Notes: generated by a model from the sequence alone, not told the origin. A stretch of 31,879 nt of DNA, filler included, from an uncultured bacterium (GCA_964506785.1; 15 parts of 15 records of this genome joined end to end with filler, not necessarily neighbours in it), one strand, 5' to 3'. Numbered from the whole stretch's first letter, positions 19,550 through 29,937 are shown. Numbers and translations are program-made.

Positions 19550-20311
19550 TTACCAGCCTCCTGAGGCACCGCCGCCTCCAGAAAAACCTCCACCAAAACC
19601 TCCGAATCCACCACTAAACCCTCCGGAAGAACCTCCCATTCCGCCACCATACCAAAAACCACCCCGCCGGCGGTTTCCCGGGGTAAGAATCATCCACCAT
19701 AACAATCCCCTGCCCAGTCCAAAAATAATAATAAAAAAGAGAAGGGAAATCAACCTAGCTGAAGAAGGAACTGTCTTCTGTACGGAAATAGCTGCTAAAT
19801 CTTTGGCTCCGGCAAGGCTTACCTGATACTCTTTGGCCACCAGATTCACTAAAGAAAGACTTCCGGCAACAATTCCACGGCTATAATCTCCCTTTTTAAA
19901 AGCAGGAATAATTACCTGAGCAATAATTTGTTTAGCCAAGGCGTCCGGTACCACCCCTTCTAATCCATAGCCAACCTCGATTCTTACCTTTCGGTCCTTT
20001 AAAGCAACCAAAAGAAGTATGCCGTTATCTTTACCTTTTTTGCCAATCCCCCATTTTTCAAAAAGCTTGACCGCATAACCCTCTATATCTAACGGACGAG
20101 TGCTTTCAACGGTCACTACCGCCGTTTCTGCGCTGGTTTTGGCCTCTAATTCAGAAAATAAAGATTCCAGTTCTGTTTTATCATCACCTGATAAAACATG
20201 AGCAAAATCATTAACATACCCTGACGGTTCAGGTAATTGCTCCTGGGCATATACAAAAACCGCGGGCAGAAAGGCAACGACAATGGAAAATAGTATAGCC
20301 TTTATCTTCAT
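19550..20311 (-). CDS. TPM domain protein (YgcG family)
   Basis: GYVNDFA, WGIGKKGKDNG, RIEVGYGLEG, Gly-rich tail GGGASGGW. Confidence 0.95.
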   Translation of the reverse strand: MKIKAILFSIVVAFLPAVFVYAQEQLPEPSGYVNDFAHVLSGDDKTELESLFSELEAKTSAETAVVTVESTRPLDIEGYAVKLFEKWGIGKKGKDNGILLLVALKDRKVRIEVGYGLEGVVPDALAKQIIAQVIIPAFKKGDYSRGIVAGSLSLVNLVAKEYQVSLAGAKDLAAISVQKTVPSSARLISLLFFIIIFGLGRGLLWWMILTPGNRRRGGFWYGGGMGGSSGGFSGGFGGFGGGFSGGGGASGGW

Positions 20312-20988
20312 AATCGGTCTACCAAACGAGCTAATTGCTGGATTTGAGCAAAGTATTTTTCAAAATAAACTTCAACATCGACTCCGGCAATCTTTTCATC
20401 ATCTCGTTTATCTTTTAAAATAGCTTTAAAGGTGCCGCCATCCAGGTTAAATTGGGCGGAAAGTTTAATTAAGATTGCTTCTTTTTCGATTGGAGGAGTA
20501 ATTCCTTTTAATCGAAGTAAATTGCGAAAGACCGGAATGAGAGCATAGAGAGATTCTTTCATTAACGATTCTATCCCTTTTTTTCGCAAACCTATCTCTA
20601 AATAAGCCTGGCGCAGGCGTATCAGTTTTCCTTTTATCTGTTCCTCACAGAAAAGCCTCAGGTGTTTATCGTTTATATCAATGGCGCTCAAAATATCCTG
20701 TCCATAAAGACAAAGGTGATTTTCCTTCATATCTAAAAATTCTATAGGAAATACATCCTGAGAGGTCTTAATATGCTCCAGGGTTAAAAATAAAGGAGCA
20801 GCAATTTTTTGGGGGATACCGGAGGAAACCAGTTTTAAACTATTCTTTAAATCCGAAAATTTAAGCTTTTCGAAAATCACTAAAAGGTTAATATCTGAAG
20901 TCTTAGGGGAAAAATCCCGGCCGGAAACACTGCCATATAAATTAATGGATAAAATATTCTCTTTATGGATATTTAATAACTTTCCTAA
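20308..20988 (-). CDS. Nucleotidyltransferase-like protein of LemA/TPM operons, 5' truncated
   Basis: Frame is open to the contig edge, adding LYGSVSGRDFSPKTSDINLLV (pol-beta NTase-like motif); DVFPIEFLDM. Confidence 0.85.
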   Translation of the reverse strand, partial: LGKLLNIHKENILSINLYGSVSGRDFSPKTSDINLLVIFEKLKFSDLKNSLKLVSSGIPQKIAAPLFLTLEHIKTSQDVFPIEFLDMKENHLCLYGQDILSAIDINDKHLRLFCEEQIKGKLIRLRQAYLEIGLRKKGIESLMKESLYALIPVFRNLLRLKGITPPIEKEAILIKLSAQFNLDGGTFKAILKDKRDDEKIAGVDVEVYFEKYFAQIQQLARLVDRL

Positions 20989-21099
20989 ATNNNNNNNNNN
21001 NNNNNNNNNNNNNNNNNNNNNNNNNNNNNNNNNNTTAATTAATTAANNNNNNNNNNNNNNNNNNNNNNNNNNNNNNNNNNNNNNNNNNNNTTAATCCCC

Positions 21100-21152
21100 C
21101 CACTTTTTACCACTCCCCTATATCAGTATATCACGGTCTATATATCTGTCAA
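21100..21152 (-). promoter_or_regulatory. Sigma70 promoter followed by MraZ-box-like GTGG repeats
   Basis: TTGACA(21152-21147)-16 bp-TATACT(21130-21125); GTGG at 21113 and 21103 (10-bp period). Confidence 0.6.
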
Positions 21153-21246
21153 GGAAAATTTCAAGAACAAATTGATTTACATTAAATGTTATCCATCAGA
21201 ACGATACTTCACCTAATCTCACTTCATATAGCGCAGTTTTAGCCAA

Positions 21247-21630
21247 AAAGTAGGCCGATAAGCCGAGTTCTGTATCCCTCCTGGGGACAACGATTATTTA
21301 TCTAGGTTTAAGATTCCTCTTAAACTCCAGCGACCAACCCGAAGGTATAAGGAAGCGGACAGCCTCCTACCTCTTTACGAGGATTTCCTTCCTATTAGGT
21401 CTTGCTTCAGGCGGGGTTTACCGAACATCCAATGTTGCCATTAGATTGGTGCGCTCTTACCGCACCTTTTCACCCTTACCCTGTTAAATATACTTAACGG
21501 GGCGGTATATTTTCTGTGGCACTTTCCGTCCCTTTAAAGAACCCTTCCTTTCGAAGGCACCCTGTCCTTTGAAGCTCGGACTTTCCTCCCTGTTAGATGT
21601 CTCTAACAGGGCAATCGTCTGGCCTACTTT
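21247..21630 (-). ncRNA. rnpB: RNase P RNA, bacterial type A
   Basis: GAGGAAAGTCC, AGTGCCACAGAAA, GGTAAACCCC and ACAGAACTCGGCTTAT conserved regions; terminal P1 aagtaggcc/ggcctactt. Confidence 0.98.
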
Positions 21631-21787
21631 AATGGAACCACTATTTATGGAACGTCATAAACATAAATCGCTGGGCAAATTAACCCCACCCTTTTGATAA
21701 CTATTGCTTATGCCCATAAATAACTAATCTGATTATTTCTACCGAATAATAATATTAGCTTTGCGATTTGGCCCAAAAAGGCATGAC

Positions 21788-22213
21788 TTATTCCACATTA
21801 GGCGGAATAAACTGTAAACCTTGATTAGCTAATTTATCTGCTTCTTTATTTTCTTCCCTTTTAATATCCCGCAGATAAACTTTTTTAAAACCCTTAAGCA
21901 AATGTAAAACCTGGCTATGTAAAATTTTTAAATTATTGTTTTTTACTTTGAAATTGCCTTTTACTTGATTAGAAATTAGCTGGCTGTCGGTATAGACAGT
22001 TAAAACTTGCGCCTTGAGCATTAAGGCCTCCTGAAGAGCATAAATCAAGGCGTAATATTCGGCAGTATTATTTGTCACCACTCCCACACTTTTGCTTATC
22101 TTCTTTAAAATACTGCCTTGAGAATCCTTTATCAAAATACCAACAGCGGCTTCACCCGGATTCCCTTTAGAAGCACCATCAATATAAATAATTAACTCAT
22201 TTACCTTATTCAT
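21788..22213 (-). CDS. rnhA: Ribonuclease HI family protein
   Basis: YIDGASKGNPG, TNNTAEY, YTDSQL, REENKEADKLAN. Confidence 0.93.
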   Translation of the reverse strand: MNKVNELIIYIDGASKGNPGEAAVGILIKDSQGSILKKISKSVGVVTNNTAEYYALIYALQEALMLKAQVLTVYTDSQLISNQVKGNFKVKNNNLKILHSQVLHLLKGFKKVYLRDIKREENKEADKLANQGLQFIPPNVE

Positions 22214-22215
22214 CG

Positions 22216-22926
22216 TTAATTTTCTGCCCAATACAGGAGACGGGCACAACTACCGCAAAAAACCACTTTGCGCATTTTAACCTCATTGACTATCTGAGGC
22301 GGTAAATTAATATGACATCCCCCGCAGGAATTATCAACAATAGCGACAATTCCTAAACCCGCCTTGCCCTGGCGAATCTTTTCATATTTCTGATATAGCT
22401 CCGGGCTTATTTTATTCTTCTGTTTGTTCCGCGCATCCCTCCGAGAAACAAGTTGAGATTCAACTTCAACAACCTCTTTATTAATTCGACTTTCTTCTTC
22501 TTTAAAAGCGCCCTCTTGAACAATAAGTGTTTTTCCCTTTTCTTTCATAGCTAAGCTATATTGCTCAGTTTTTTCCATCAGCTCTAAAATTTCATCTTCC
22601 AATTTTTTGTTTTTTTGCTTAAATCCTTCTATTTCCTTAAGCATAGCCGTATATTCTTTGTTTGATTTGAGGCTATAAAGCTGGATATTATATTTTTTAA
22701 TTGTCTCCCCATTTGAGGCTAATTCTCCCTCTTTAGCTTTCCGCTCTACCTGCATGGTTTCAAAAATCTTTTTCATCTCATCCAGCCCCTGCTTGACTTC
22801 CTCCCAATTCTGGCGGAAAGGACCAAGTTCTGAAGGCAATTTTTCTTTTTGCTGCTCTAAGTTTTGGATATCCGTATCAATTTTTTGAAGTTCCCAAACA
22901 TCTTTTAAATCAGTATTTCCCTCCAA
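22216..22926 (-). CDS. Coiled-coil protein with C4 zinc ribbon (DUF164/CT398-like)
   Basis: LQKID start, long coiled coil, CGGC...CGSCARLLY; SD AAGGAG before TTG. Confidence 0.92.
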   Translation of the reverse strand: MEGNTDLKDVWELQKIDTDIQNLEQQKEKLPSELGPFRQNWEEVKQGLDEMKKIFETMQVERKAKEGELASNGETIKKYNIQLYSLKSNKEYTAMLKEIEGFKQKNKKLEDEILELMEKTEQYSLAMKEKGKTLIVQEGAFKEEESRINKEVVEVESQLVSRRDARNKQKNKISPELYQKYEKIRQGKAGLGIVAIVDNSCGGCHINLPPQIVNEVKMRKVVFCGSCARLLYWAEN

Positions 22927-23076
22927 TTTTGCTCCTTTTGTAAAATCTTTCCAGCCTTAACCGATTATATCATTTTNNNNNNNNNNNNNNNNNNNNNNNN
23001 NNNNNNNNNNNNNNNNNNNNTTAATTAATTAANNNNNNNNNNNNNNNNNNNNNNNNNNNNNNNNNNNNNNNNNNNN

Positions 23077-23470
23077 CTTTAACAAATAAAGAAAAATACT
23101 TATTAAAAATATCAGGGAAAGCAATAGCTTCAAAAAAACCTGTTTCATCTTCCAATAACAGGAAAGCCATTACTTCGTGATGTTTGGTAAATTGCCTTCT
23201 GGTTTGGACCAGGAGACCGCCAATCAAAACAGGCCGACCGGGAGTCAGCTGGTCAATATGGTGACTTTTAATAGAGAGGTATTTATGTGATGAATGGCTT
23301 GCTATTTTCTGTCGGTATATTGACAGGGGATGAGCACTGACATAGATTCCTAAAATTTCCTTCTCTATCTTTAAAATAGCAGAAGGAGAAAAGTTGTAGG
23401 CAGGGATATTTTCCTGAAGCAATAAATTGTTCTCTACGGTTTTTGTTTCAAATTTTATGAGAGTTAACAT
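23077..23470 (-). CDS. DnaE C-terminal part (OB fold) in a separate reading frame, 3' truncated
   Basis: EKEILGIYVSAHPL, MAFLLLEDETG, AIAFP; ATG overlaps the upstream stop region and is preceded by AAGGAG. Confidence 0.85.
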
Positions 23471-24960
23471 TGTTTTTTCTCCTTTCTGACTTCCTTTAGA
23501 ACAATCGGCAATATATTTAGCAATACAGATCTAGGGTATGCTATAAAATCAAAAGCGCCTATTTTAATCAAGTTTTCGATAACAGTACGAGTAATTCTAG
23601 TAGAATCAATTCTAGTACAAAAGTCATGCAGAGACAGAAAAGGGCCATCTTTGTCCCTTGTTTTTAAAATATGTTCTATTTGTTTAATGCCCAGGCCTTT
23701 TACTCTTAAGAGTCCTATTCGGATAGCTTTACCTTCTACAGAGAAACCAGCATTACTTTTATTCATATCAGGCAGTAGAATTTTGACCCGAAAACGGCGA
23801 GCCTCCTGTATATAACGATCCATGTCATAATAGCCCATTCCATAGGTAATTAGGGCAGCAAGATAGTGTGCCGGATAATGCACTTTAAGATAACAGGTTA
23901 GATAGGAAAGTAGCGCATAAGAGGTGCTGTGTGCTTTATTAAAGCCGTAATAGGCAAATTTGGCAACCAGATTAAATATATATTCGGCTTCTTCCCGATT
24001 AAGGCCCTGTTGTGAAGATTTTTTTAAAAATAGAACACGTTGTTCTTCCATAATAACAGGTGATCGAGAACTTATTGCTCTGCGAAAAAGGTCAGCTTCA
24101 CCTGGATTTAGCCCGGCGATGGCCGAGACAACCTGCATTACCTGTTCCTGGTAAAGAATAACTCCGTAGGTATCTTTTAATATTTCTTTTATCCGTTCAT
24201 GGGGATATTTGATTTTTGCGTATCCACGCTTTCTTTCCAGGTATTGCTTGGTCATGCCGCTGTCCAGGGGGCCGGGCCGGTAAAGAGAAAGTGCGGCAAT
24301 CAAATCTTCCAGACAGGATGGTGACAGTTGTTTTAATAGAGAAGCCATCCCTGAACTTTCCAATTGAAAAACACCCAACGTTTTCCCTCTTTTTAGAGCA
24401 TAAAAAGTAGGCGGATCATCTAAGGGGATTTTTTTTAAATTTATACTGATTTTATTTTCATCAAGAATATGTAGGGTTTTTTGGATTACCGTTAAGCTGC
24501 GAGAACCCAAAATATCAATTTTTAATAACCCCATATCCTTAATGCTTTCTTTTTCATATTGACTGATGATTTCTCCCTCCGGGCTTAGTTCCAGCGGAAT
24601 GAGATTGGCTAGCGGCTGATTAGCAATAATCATGGCTGAAGCGTGAACCGAGAGATGACGCGGCTTTCCTTCCATAAATTGAGCATAAGAAAATAAGGAA
24701 CGAAGAGGCTCTTTTTGATAAGGAAGTTTTTTTAGTTCAGGCAAATGTCTTAAAGAAGCGCTGATAACTCCCGGTGAAGAAAAGTAAGGCATCATTTTTG
24801 CAATTTTGTTTAATTCCTGGTAAGAAAATCCCATGGCTCTGCCCACATCCCGTACGGCAGAACGGGCAGCATAAGTATTGATAGTACAGACATGAGTTAC
24901 TTGTTCCCGTCCGAATTTTTTAAAAATATAATCAATCACTTTATCTCTGCCGATTTGTCC
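23464..24960 (-). CDS. dnaE: DNA polymerase III alpha family (DnaE-like) palm/thumb/fingers/HhH region, 5' truncated
   Basis: GLLKIDILG, GVFQLES, LYRPGP, TYGVILYQEQ, YGFNKAHS, LIKIGAFD; frame is open to the contig edge. Confidence 0.92.
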   Translation of the reverse strand, partial: GQIGRDKVIDYIFKKFGREQVTHVCTINTYAARSAVRDVGRAMGFSYQELNKIAKMMPYFSSPGVISASLRHLPELKKLPYQKEPLRSLFSYAQFMEGKPRHLSVHASAMIIANQPLANLIPLELSPEGEIISQYEKESIKDMGLLKIDILGSRSLTVIQKTLHILDENKISINLKKIPLDDPPTFYALKRGKTLGVFQLESSGMASLLKQLSPSCLEDLIAALSLYRPGPLDSGMTKQYLERKRGYAKIKYPHERIKEILKDTYGVILYQEQVMQVVSAIAGLNPGEADLFRRAISSRSPVIMEEQRVLFLKKSSQQGLNREEAEYIFNLVAKFAYYGFNKAHSTSYALLSYLTCYLKVHYPAHYLAALITYGMGYYDMDRYIQEARRFRVKILLPDMNKSNAGFSVEGKAIRIGLLRVKGLGIKQIEHILKTRDKDGPFLSLHDFCTRIDSTRITRTVIENLIKIGAFDFIAYPRSVLLNILPIVLKEVRKEKKQC

Positions 24961-25183
24961 NNNNNNNNNNNNNNNNNNNNNNNNNNNNNNNNNNNNNNNN
25001 NNNNTTAATTAATTAANNNNNNNNNNNNNNNNNNNNNNNNNNNNNNNNNNNNNNNNNNNNAAACAAATTGCCTGTGTAAATGTATGAATAACTTGTATCT
25101 TTTTAAAAAAAGAAAGAATAAGCGTCACCTTTTAAGGTTGACCATCTTTTATAAATCTTAATCCGGGGTTTTCTCCACATCAC

Positions 25184-26134
25184 TTAGAGCCTTTCGGCAA
25201 TACGAAGCTTGGCACTTCTTGAACGGGGGTTCCTCTCCAATTCAGGTTTTCCCGGCCTTAAAGGCTTATTATTTATAATTTTAAGCCGAGGCTGAATATT
25301 GCACCGGCAAATAGGAAAATTCGGCGGACAAATACAGGTTTTGGCCAAATCTCTAAAAAAAATCTTAACTATTCTATCTTCTAATGAATGGTAGGAAATT
25401 ACCGCCAGGCGCCCCCTTTTTTCCAAAAAATCAATACTTTCCTTTAGGAAAATCTGAAGGTTATCTAACTCCTGGTTAACGGCAATTCTTAAAGCCTGAA
25501 AAATGCGTGTGGCTGGATGAAGGCGGTAAAAATGGATAGTCTGAGGAAGAACTTCCTCTATTATCTTTACTAATTCAAAAGTCCCCTCTATTGGCTTCCT
25601 CTTCCGGTTCCTTATAATATTCTTCGCAACTCTCTTACTATACTTCTCTTCTCCAAATTGAAAAAATATGTCCCTTAGCTCTCCTTCTGTCAGTCTATTG
25701 ATGAAATCCCTGGCCTTTAGTTTCTTCCGTTCATCCATTCTCATGTCCAATGGTGCTTGAAAACGAAAGCTAAAACCGCGAAAACGACTATCAATCTGCA
25801 AAGAGGATAATCCTAAATCAAGTAAAATTCCATCAAGCTTTTCTATTTTGAGACGCTTTAAAATTACCGGAAGAGCAATATAGTTTTCTCTAATAAGCGA
25901 GAACCTTTCTTTATAAACGGAAAGTCTCCTTTCGGCTTGCTCAATTGAGACTTTATCACAGTCAATGCCGATAAGAAAACCCCGGGGACCAAGCTTTTGG
26001 AGTATCCCTTCAGCATGTCCGCCTTCTCCCAATGTGGCATCAAGATATATTCCGTCTTTTTTTATGTTTAAATTTTTGATTGCTTCTTTTTTAAGTACCG
26101 GCTGATGCATTATTTTTAACTTATTTACTTTCAA
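25184..26134 (-). CDS. rsmH: 16S rRNA m4C1402 methyltransferase
   Basis: HQPVL, DATLGEGGH, DLGLSS, PLDMRMD, SYHSLEDRIVK, NPRSRSAKLR. Confidence 0.98.
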   Translation of the reverse strand: MKVNKLKIMHQPVLKKEAIKNLNIKKDGIYLDATLGEGGHAEGILQKLGPRGFLIGIDCDKVSIEQAERRLSVYKERFSLIRENYIALPVILKRLKIEKLDGILLDLGLSSLQIDSRFRGFSFRFQAPLDMRMDERKKLKARDFINRLTEGELRDIFFQFGEEKYSKRVAKNIIRNRKRKPIEGTFELVKIIEEVLPQTIHFYRLHPATRIFQALRIAVNQELDNLQIFLKESIDFLEKRGRLAVISYHSLEDRIVKIFFRDLAKTCICPPNFPICRCNIQPRLKIINNKPLRPGKPELERNPRSRSAKLRIAERL

Positions 26135-26585
26135 CTACCTTTAGTTTCCTTCCTCCAGCAAGTTCTTTAGCAATTTCTATAAAAGAACGTTCTGATTTAT
26201 TACGATAATTCCTCCACCTGAAGCTATCCCAGATTTCAATCCGGTCAGAAACACCAATAATAACTACTTCTTTTTCTATCCGGGCATATTCGATTAAACT
26301 CCGAGGAAGATTGAGCCGCCCCTGTTTATCTAAAGAACTTCTATAAGCGCCGGAAAATACAATTCGGCTGAAAGCCCTGGGGTTGCTTTTATTCAAAGAT
26401 AACGATTTGAATTTTTCCTCTTGGCTTTTCCATTCATCCAGAGAAAAAATAAAGAGGCTTTTTTCTAAGCCTCTCGTCAGTATGAATTTATTTTCGTTTA
26501 ACTTTATTAAAGCTTCGCGGAATCTAGCCGGTATAATAACCCGCCCTTTTTCATCTATGGCATGGCGATACTCTCCATAAAACAT
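26121..26585 (-). CDS. mraZ: Division/cell wall cluster repressor MraZ
   Basis: MFYGEY, DEKGR and DKQGR repeats, GVSDRIEIW; upstream of rsmH. Confidence 0.97.
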   Translation of the reverse strand: MFYGEYRHAIDEKGRVIIPARFREALIKLNENKFILTRGLEKSLFIFSLDEWKSQEEKFKSLSLNKSNPRAFSRIVFSGAYRSSLDKQGRLNLPRSLIEYARIEKEVVIIGVSDRIEIWDSFRWRNYRNKSERSFIEIAKELAGGRKLKVVESK

Positions 26586-26889
26586 AAAAATAACCCCTCA
26601 TCGATCACCTTATGCTACCCCCCCTTAGACAAAAAATTACGGCCTTTCCCTGACCTTTAGGCAAATTGGCAGGGAAAAGTATTTAACGAAACTGGCTCGT
26701 GCCTTTAACCTTACTCTTTCCAAAGCGCCTTCTTAGGCCAAAATCCAGCTTCTCCCCGATAATTTGTAAGGTGGACGAAGAGGGTAAGTNNNNNNNNNNN
26801 NNNNNNNNNNNNNNNNNNNNNNNNNNNNNNNNNTTAATTAATTAANNNNNNNNNNNNNNNNNNNNNNNNNNNNNNNNNNNNNNNNNNNN

Positions 26890-28516
26890 ATATTCTCTCT
26901 TTACCGATATTCCAGGTATCATCATCGAAATAAACCGATTTGAAATTCATATTTTTCACTAAATATTCCATTTCATCGATTACTTTCATAGGATCTCTCA
27001 CTCGATAATCGTTCCCCTGGTACATAACCTGGGGCCAGAGACAAAATATACATTTAAAAGGACATCCGCGGCTGGCTAACATCTGGACAGAAGGGAAAGG
27101 GATATTCCCGGGGAGATCCCAATATTTTTGCATAGGTAATTCCTCGCGTACTGGCCAGGGTAGAATATCAAGATTTACCAGCGGCCGGGAAGGATTAATT
27201 TTAATTTCTCCTCCTTTTCGATATGTAAGCCCCAGCACTTCTTTTAAATCTTTGTTTCTGGAGAGATGTTGCACCAGATCTAACAATGTAGATTCATATT
27301 CTCCTACCAGCACATAATCAATAAATCCATGGCGCCTTAGAAATTCCGACCTCCTTATATTTATATCCGGCCCGCAAATTGCAATTAAGATATCCTTATG
27401 TATTTTTTTTAATAACGTTAAATCGTCTTCTAAGGAAACCGTTGAAATCTCCGATAGCAATAAATCAGGCTGGAATTCATCTACTTGCCGCAAGAAATCT
27501 TTCTCAGTCATTTGTTCCGCTAAAGCATCGATAACTTTCACTTCAAATCCTTCCTTTTTAAGCAAAGAAGCCGCGTAAGCCAGGAAAAAAGGAAAAGGCA
27601 AATAATTCCCTTCAGTCTTATCTTTGATATGGGGCCAACGCGAACCAGCCCTTACCCCCCAGCATCCTTCTTTTTCCCAAGGCATATTGGCTAAAATAAT
27701 TCGCATTTTTTTACCTTTAGAAAATTTGTTGGATTGAAGATTCCGAGAATATTCTTGGCGTAGTTTTTGGAGTTTTATATCCAGACTTTTTTCATCTTCA
27801 AATAGCGTTATGTCTCCTGAAAACAGTTTATAGCTGCCTGGTAAAAAATATTTTCCCCCGCTTTTCTTAGCTATTTCTACCCCAACTGAAAAAGTTTTAT
27901 TTTGTTCAAGATCATTTTGGGCAAAAAGGCTGCTTATATCGTCTTTATCTCTCTTAAACTCCAGTAGTAGAGCTGGTAAAAAATTTCCCCCCTTAGGTGG
28001 TTTTATCCCGATAGAACGGCTAAAGCAGTTGTTTAGCTTCATCTGTCCTGAAAAGATTTTTTTTGTAAAATCACCTTGTTCATGAGAACTTACCCATTTC
28101 CTATATTCTGGTGACACAAAAATTGCAATCTCTTTTTTGTCAAACTCTAAATCTTCTTCGATATCCATATCAATTTTCCAAGATATTTTCGTTTCACTCT
28201 TTAATTTTATAGACCACCTTTGGGTAATAGGCAAATCTCTCCATCGACACCCTAAAACAAAAGAATCCCGACTGGACTCTTGGACCTGCCAATCTGCCTT
28301 CGATGAATCACTCCACATTCCTAAAATATTTATCGCCGAATTCAAACCTATCCCTTCAGTTATTTCTTTATCTTGCCAAAAAATCTTTATACCATAAGCT
28401 GACATCATTAATCTATTTCGTCCACAGATAATGCCCGGCCTAGGTAACGTTTTATCCTGTTTTTTTTTAAAGACAAACGCAAAATATTTCAAACCCCGCC
28501 ATAAGGCATAAAAAAT
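26890..28516 (-). CDS. Multidomain B12-binding radical SAM protein (HpnJ-like module) with large N-terminal extra domain; truncated at both ends
   Basis: RAGSRWPH, PFFLAYAA, GEYE, SRGCPFKCIFCLWPQ, YFDDDT; frame is open to both contig edges. Confidence 0.88.
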
Positions 28517-28617
28517 GNNNNNNNNNNNNNNNNNNNNNNNNNNNNNNNNNNNNNNNNNNNNTTAATTAATTAANNNNNNNNNNNNNNNNNNNNNNNNNNN
28601 NNNNNNNNNNNNNNNNN

Positions 28618-28814
28618 AAAATGCTGGGTAATGTTGCTAAAGGAACAGAAAAAATCAAAAGAACAAAACCAATAATCGGTTTAATTAAAATTAAGGCAAT
28701 CAAAGGAATTCCGATAATGGTCATTAAAACCATCTTTGATTCCATAAAAAGAATAGCAATGCCGTAAATAACGCCAAGAATGATAAGAAAAATAGACGTT
28801 TTCTGGCTAATCAT
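28618..28814 (-). CDS. N-terminus of membrane protein (possibly O-antigen ligase/polymerase family), 3' truncated
   Basis: Consecutive TM helices; overlaps the GT4 stop. Confidence 0.55.
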
Positions 28815-29937
28815 AGTTTAAAAGATTTAAGTAAAGCTCCTGGGTTAATTGAACTTGTTTCTCTATGGAGAAATTGGTTTTGACAAATTTACGGCCGGCT
28901 TCTCCGTATTCCTTAGCTATATTTTCATTCTTTAATAAATAGAGCATCGCCTGGCTTAAAACTTTGATATTCCTTGGCGGTATTACCATGCCGGACTCCC
29001 TGTTTTTTACCACTTCCGGGCTTCCATCGACATCGGTAACAATTACCGGTTTAACCATCGCTTGGGCTTCAATGGGCACTAAGGGTAATCCCTCAAAAAG
29101 TGACGGCAAAACGACAATATCACTGCTGGCTATGACCAAAGGGATATTTTTCTGAAACCCGGCAAAAATAACATTTTTCTCTATTTTCAGCTCTTTGGCC
29201 TTATTTTTTAATTCTTCCTCTAATTCTCCTTTGCCGACAATTAAGAATCTGGCCACAGGAATTTCTTCTAAAACTTGAGCGGCCGCTTGCAGAAAATAAA
29301 TATGCCCTTTTTGGAAATTTAACCTTCCGATAATCGTAATTACCGGATAATCTCCTAAAGAAAATATTTTTCTGAAATTATTAGAATCATAATTTCTATC
29401 CGGATTAAACTTTTCTAAATCTATACCATTATGGATAACCTTAATTTTCCCCGGCTCAATCTTTTTATCTGTTGACAAGTAATCCTCTACCGCTTGAGAA
29501 ACTGCGATATATTTATCAACAAAACGCGAAAAAAATCTATCTATGGCGTACCAGGCTTTAACTCCTTTCCGCCATCTTTCATGGATATGAGCTGTTTCTA
29601 TCGTTACCGCCACCCCAGCCCGCTTAGCCAGGGTGCTGCCAAACATACTGGCGTAGAACATATGTGAATGAACAATATCCGGTTTTTCTTCTTTTAAAAA
29701 ATTGGTAAACTCCCTGATTTTGCTAAAGTCCCGCCATCTTTTTAGTTTTATCCCTTTAAAGCGAATTTTCAAACTGCCTAAATCATCATTTAATAATTCA
29801 ATTAACTTCGGAGGACAGACTAAAACCGGCGCGAATTTTTCTCTGTCTAAATACTTTAATAAATTTAGAAGATGTTCCTCCGCGCCGCCACGAACTTCGG
29901 TATTTAAAAAATATACTATCTTTATTTTTTTATTCAT
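28807..29937 (-). CDS. Glycosyltransferase family 4
   Basis: GGAE, PDIVHSH, IHNGID, GRL..QKG, PSLFEGLPLVPIEA. Confidence 0.95.
   Translation of the reverse strand: MNKKIKIVYFLNTEVRGGAEEHLLNLLKYLDREKFAPVLVCPPKLIELLNDDLGSLKIRFKGIKLKRWRDFSKIREFTNFLKEEKPDIVHSHMFYASMFGSTLAKRAGVAVTIETAHIHERWRKGVKAWYAIDRFFSRFVDKYIAVSQAVEDYLSTDKKIEPGKIKVIHNGIDLEKFNPDRNYDSNNFRKIFSLGDYPVITIIGRLNFQKGHIYFLQAAAQVLEEIPVARFLIVGKGELEEELKNKAKELKIEKNVIFAGFQKNIPLVIASSDIVVLPSLFEGLPLVPIEAQAMVKPVIVTDVDGSPEVVKNRESGMVIPPRNIKVLSQAMLYLLKNENIAKEYGEAGRKFVKTNFSIEKQVQLTQELYLNLLNYD

Noticed and set aside
19461-19826. Pro-rich ORF on the plus strand
   Set aside because: Antisense shadow of the Gly-rich TPM protein tail.
19075-20988. NTase-TPM-LemA as a novel signalling or defence system
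   Set aside because: This is a commonly seen operon with no effector or HEPN partner visible.
25061-25183. Expected ftsL start downstream of rsmH
   Set aside because: Frames with plausible starts hit stops or show no FtsL-like signal within the 120 bp available.
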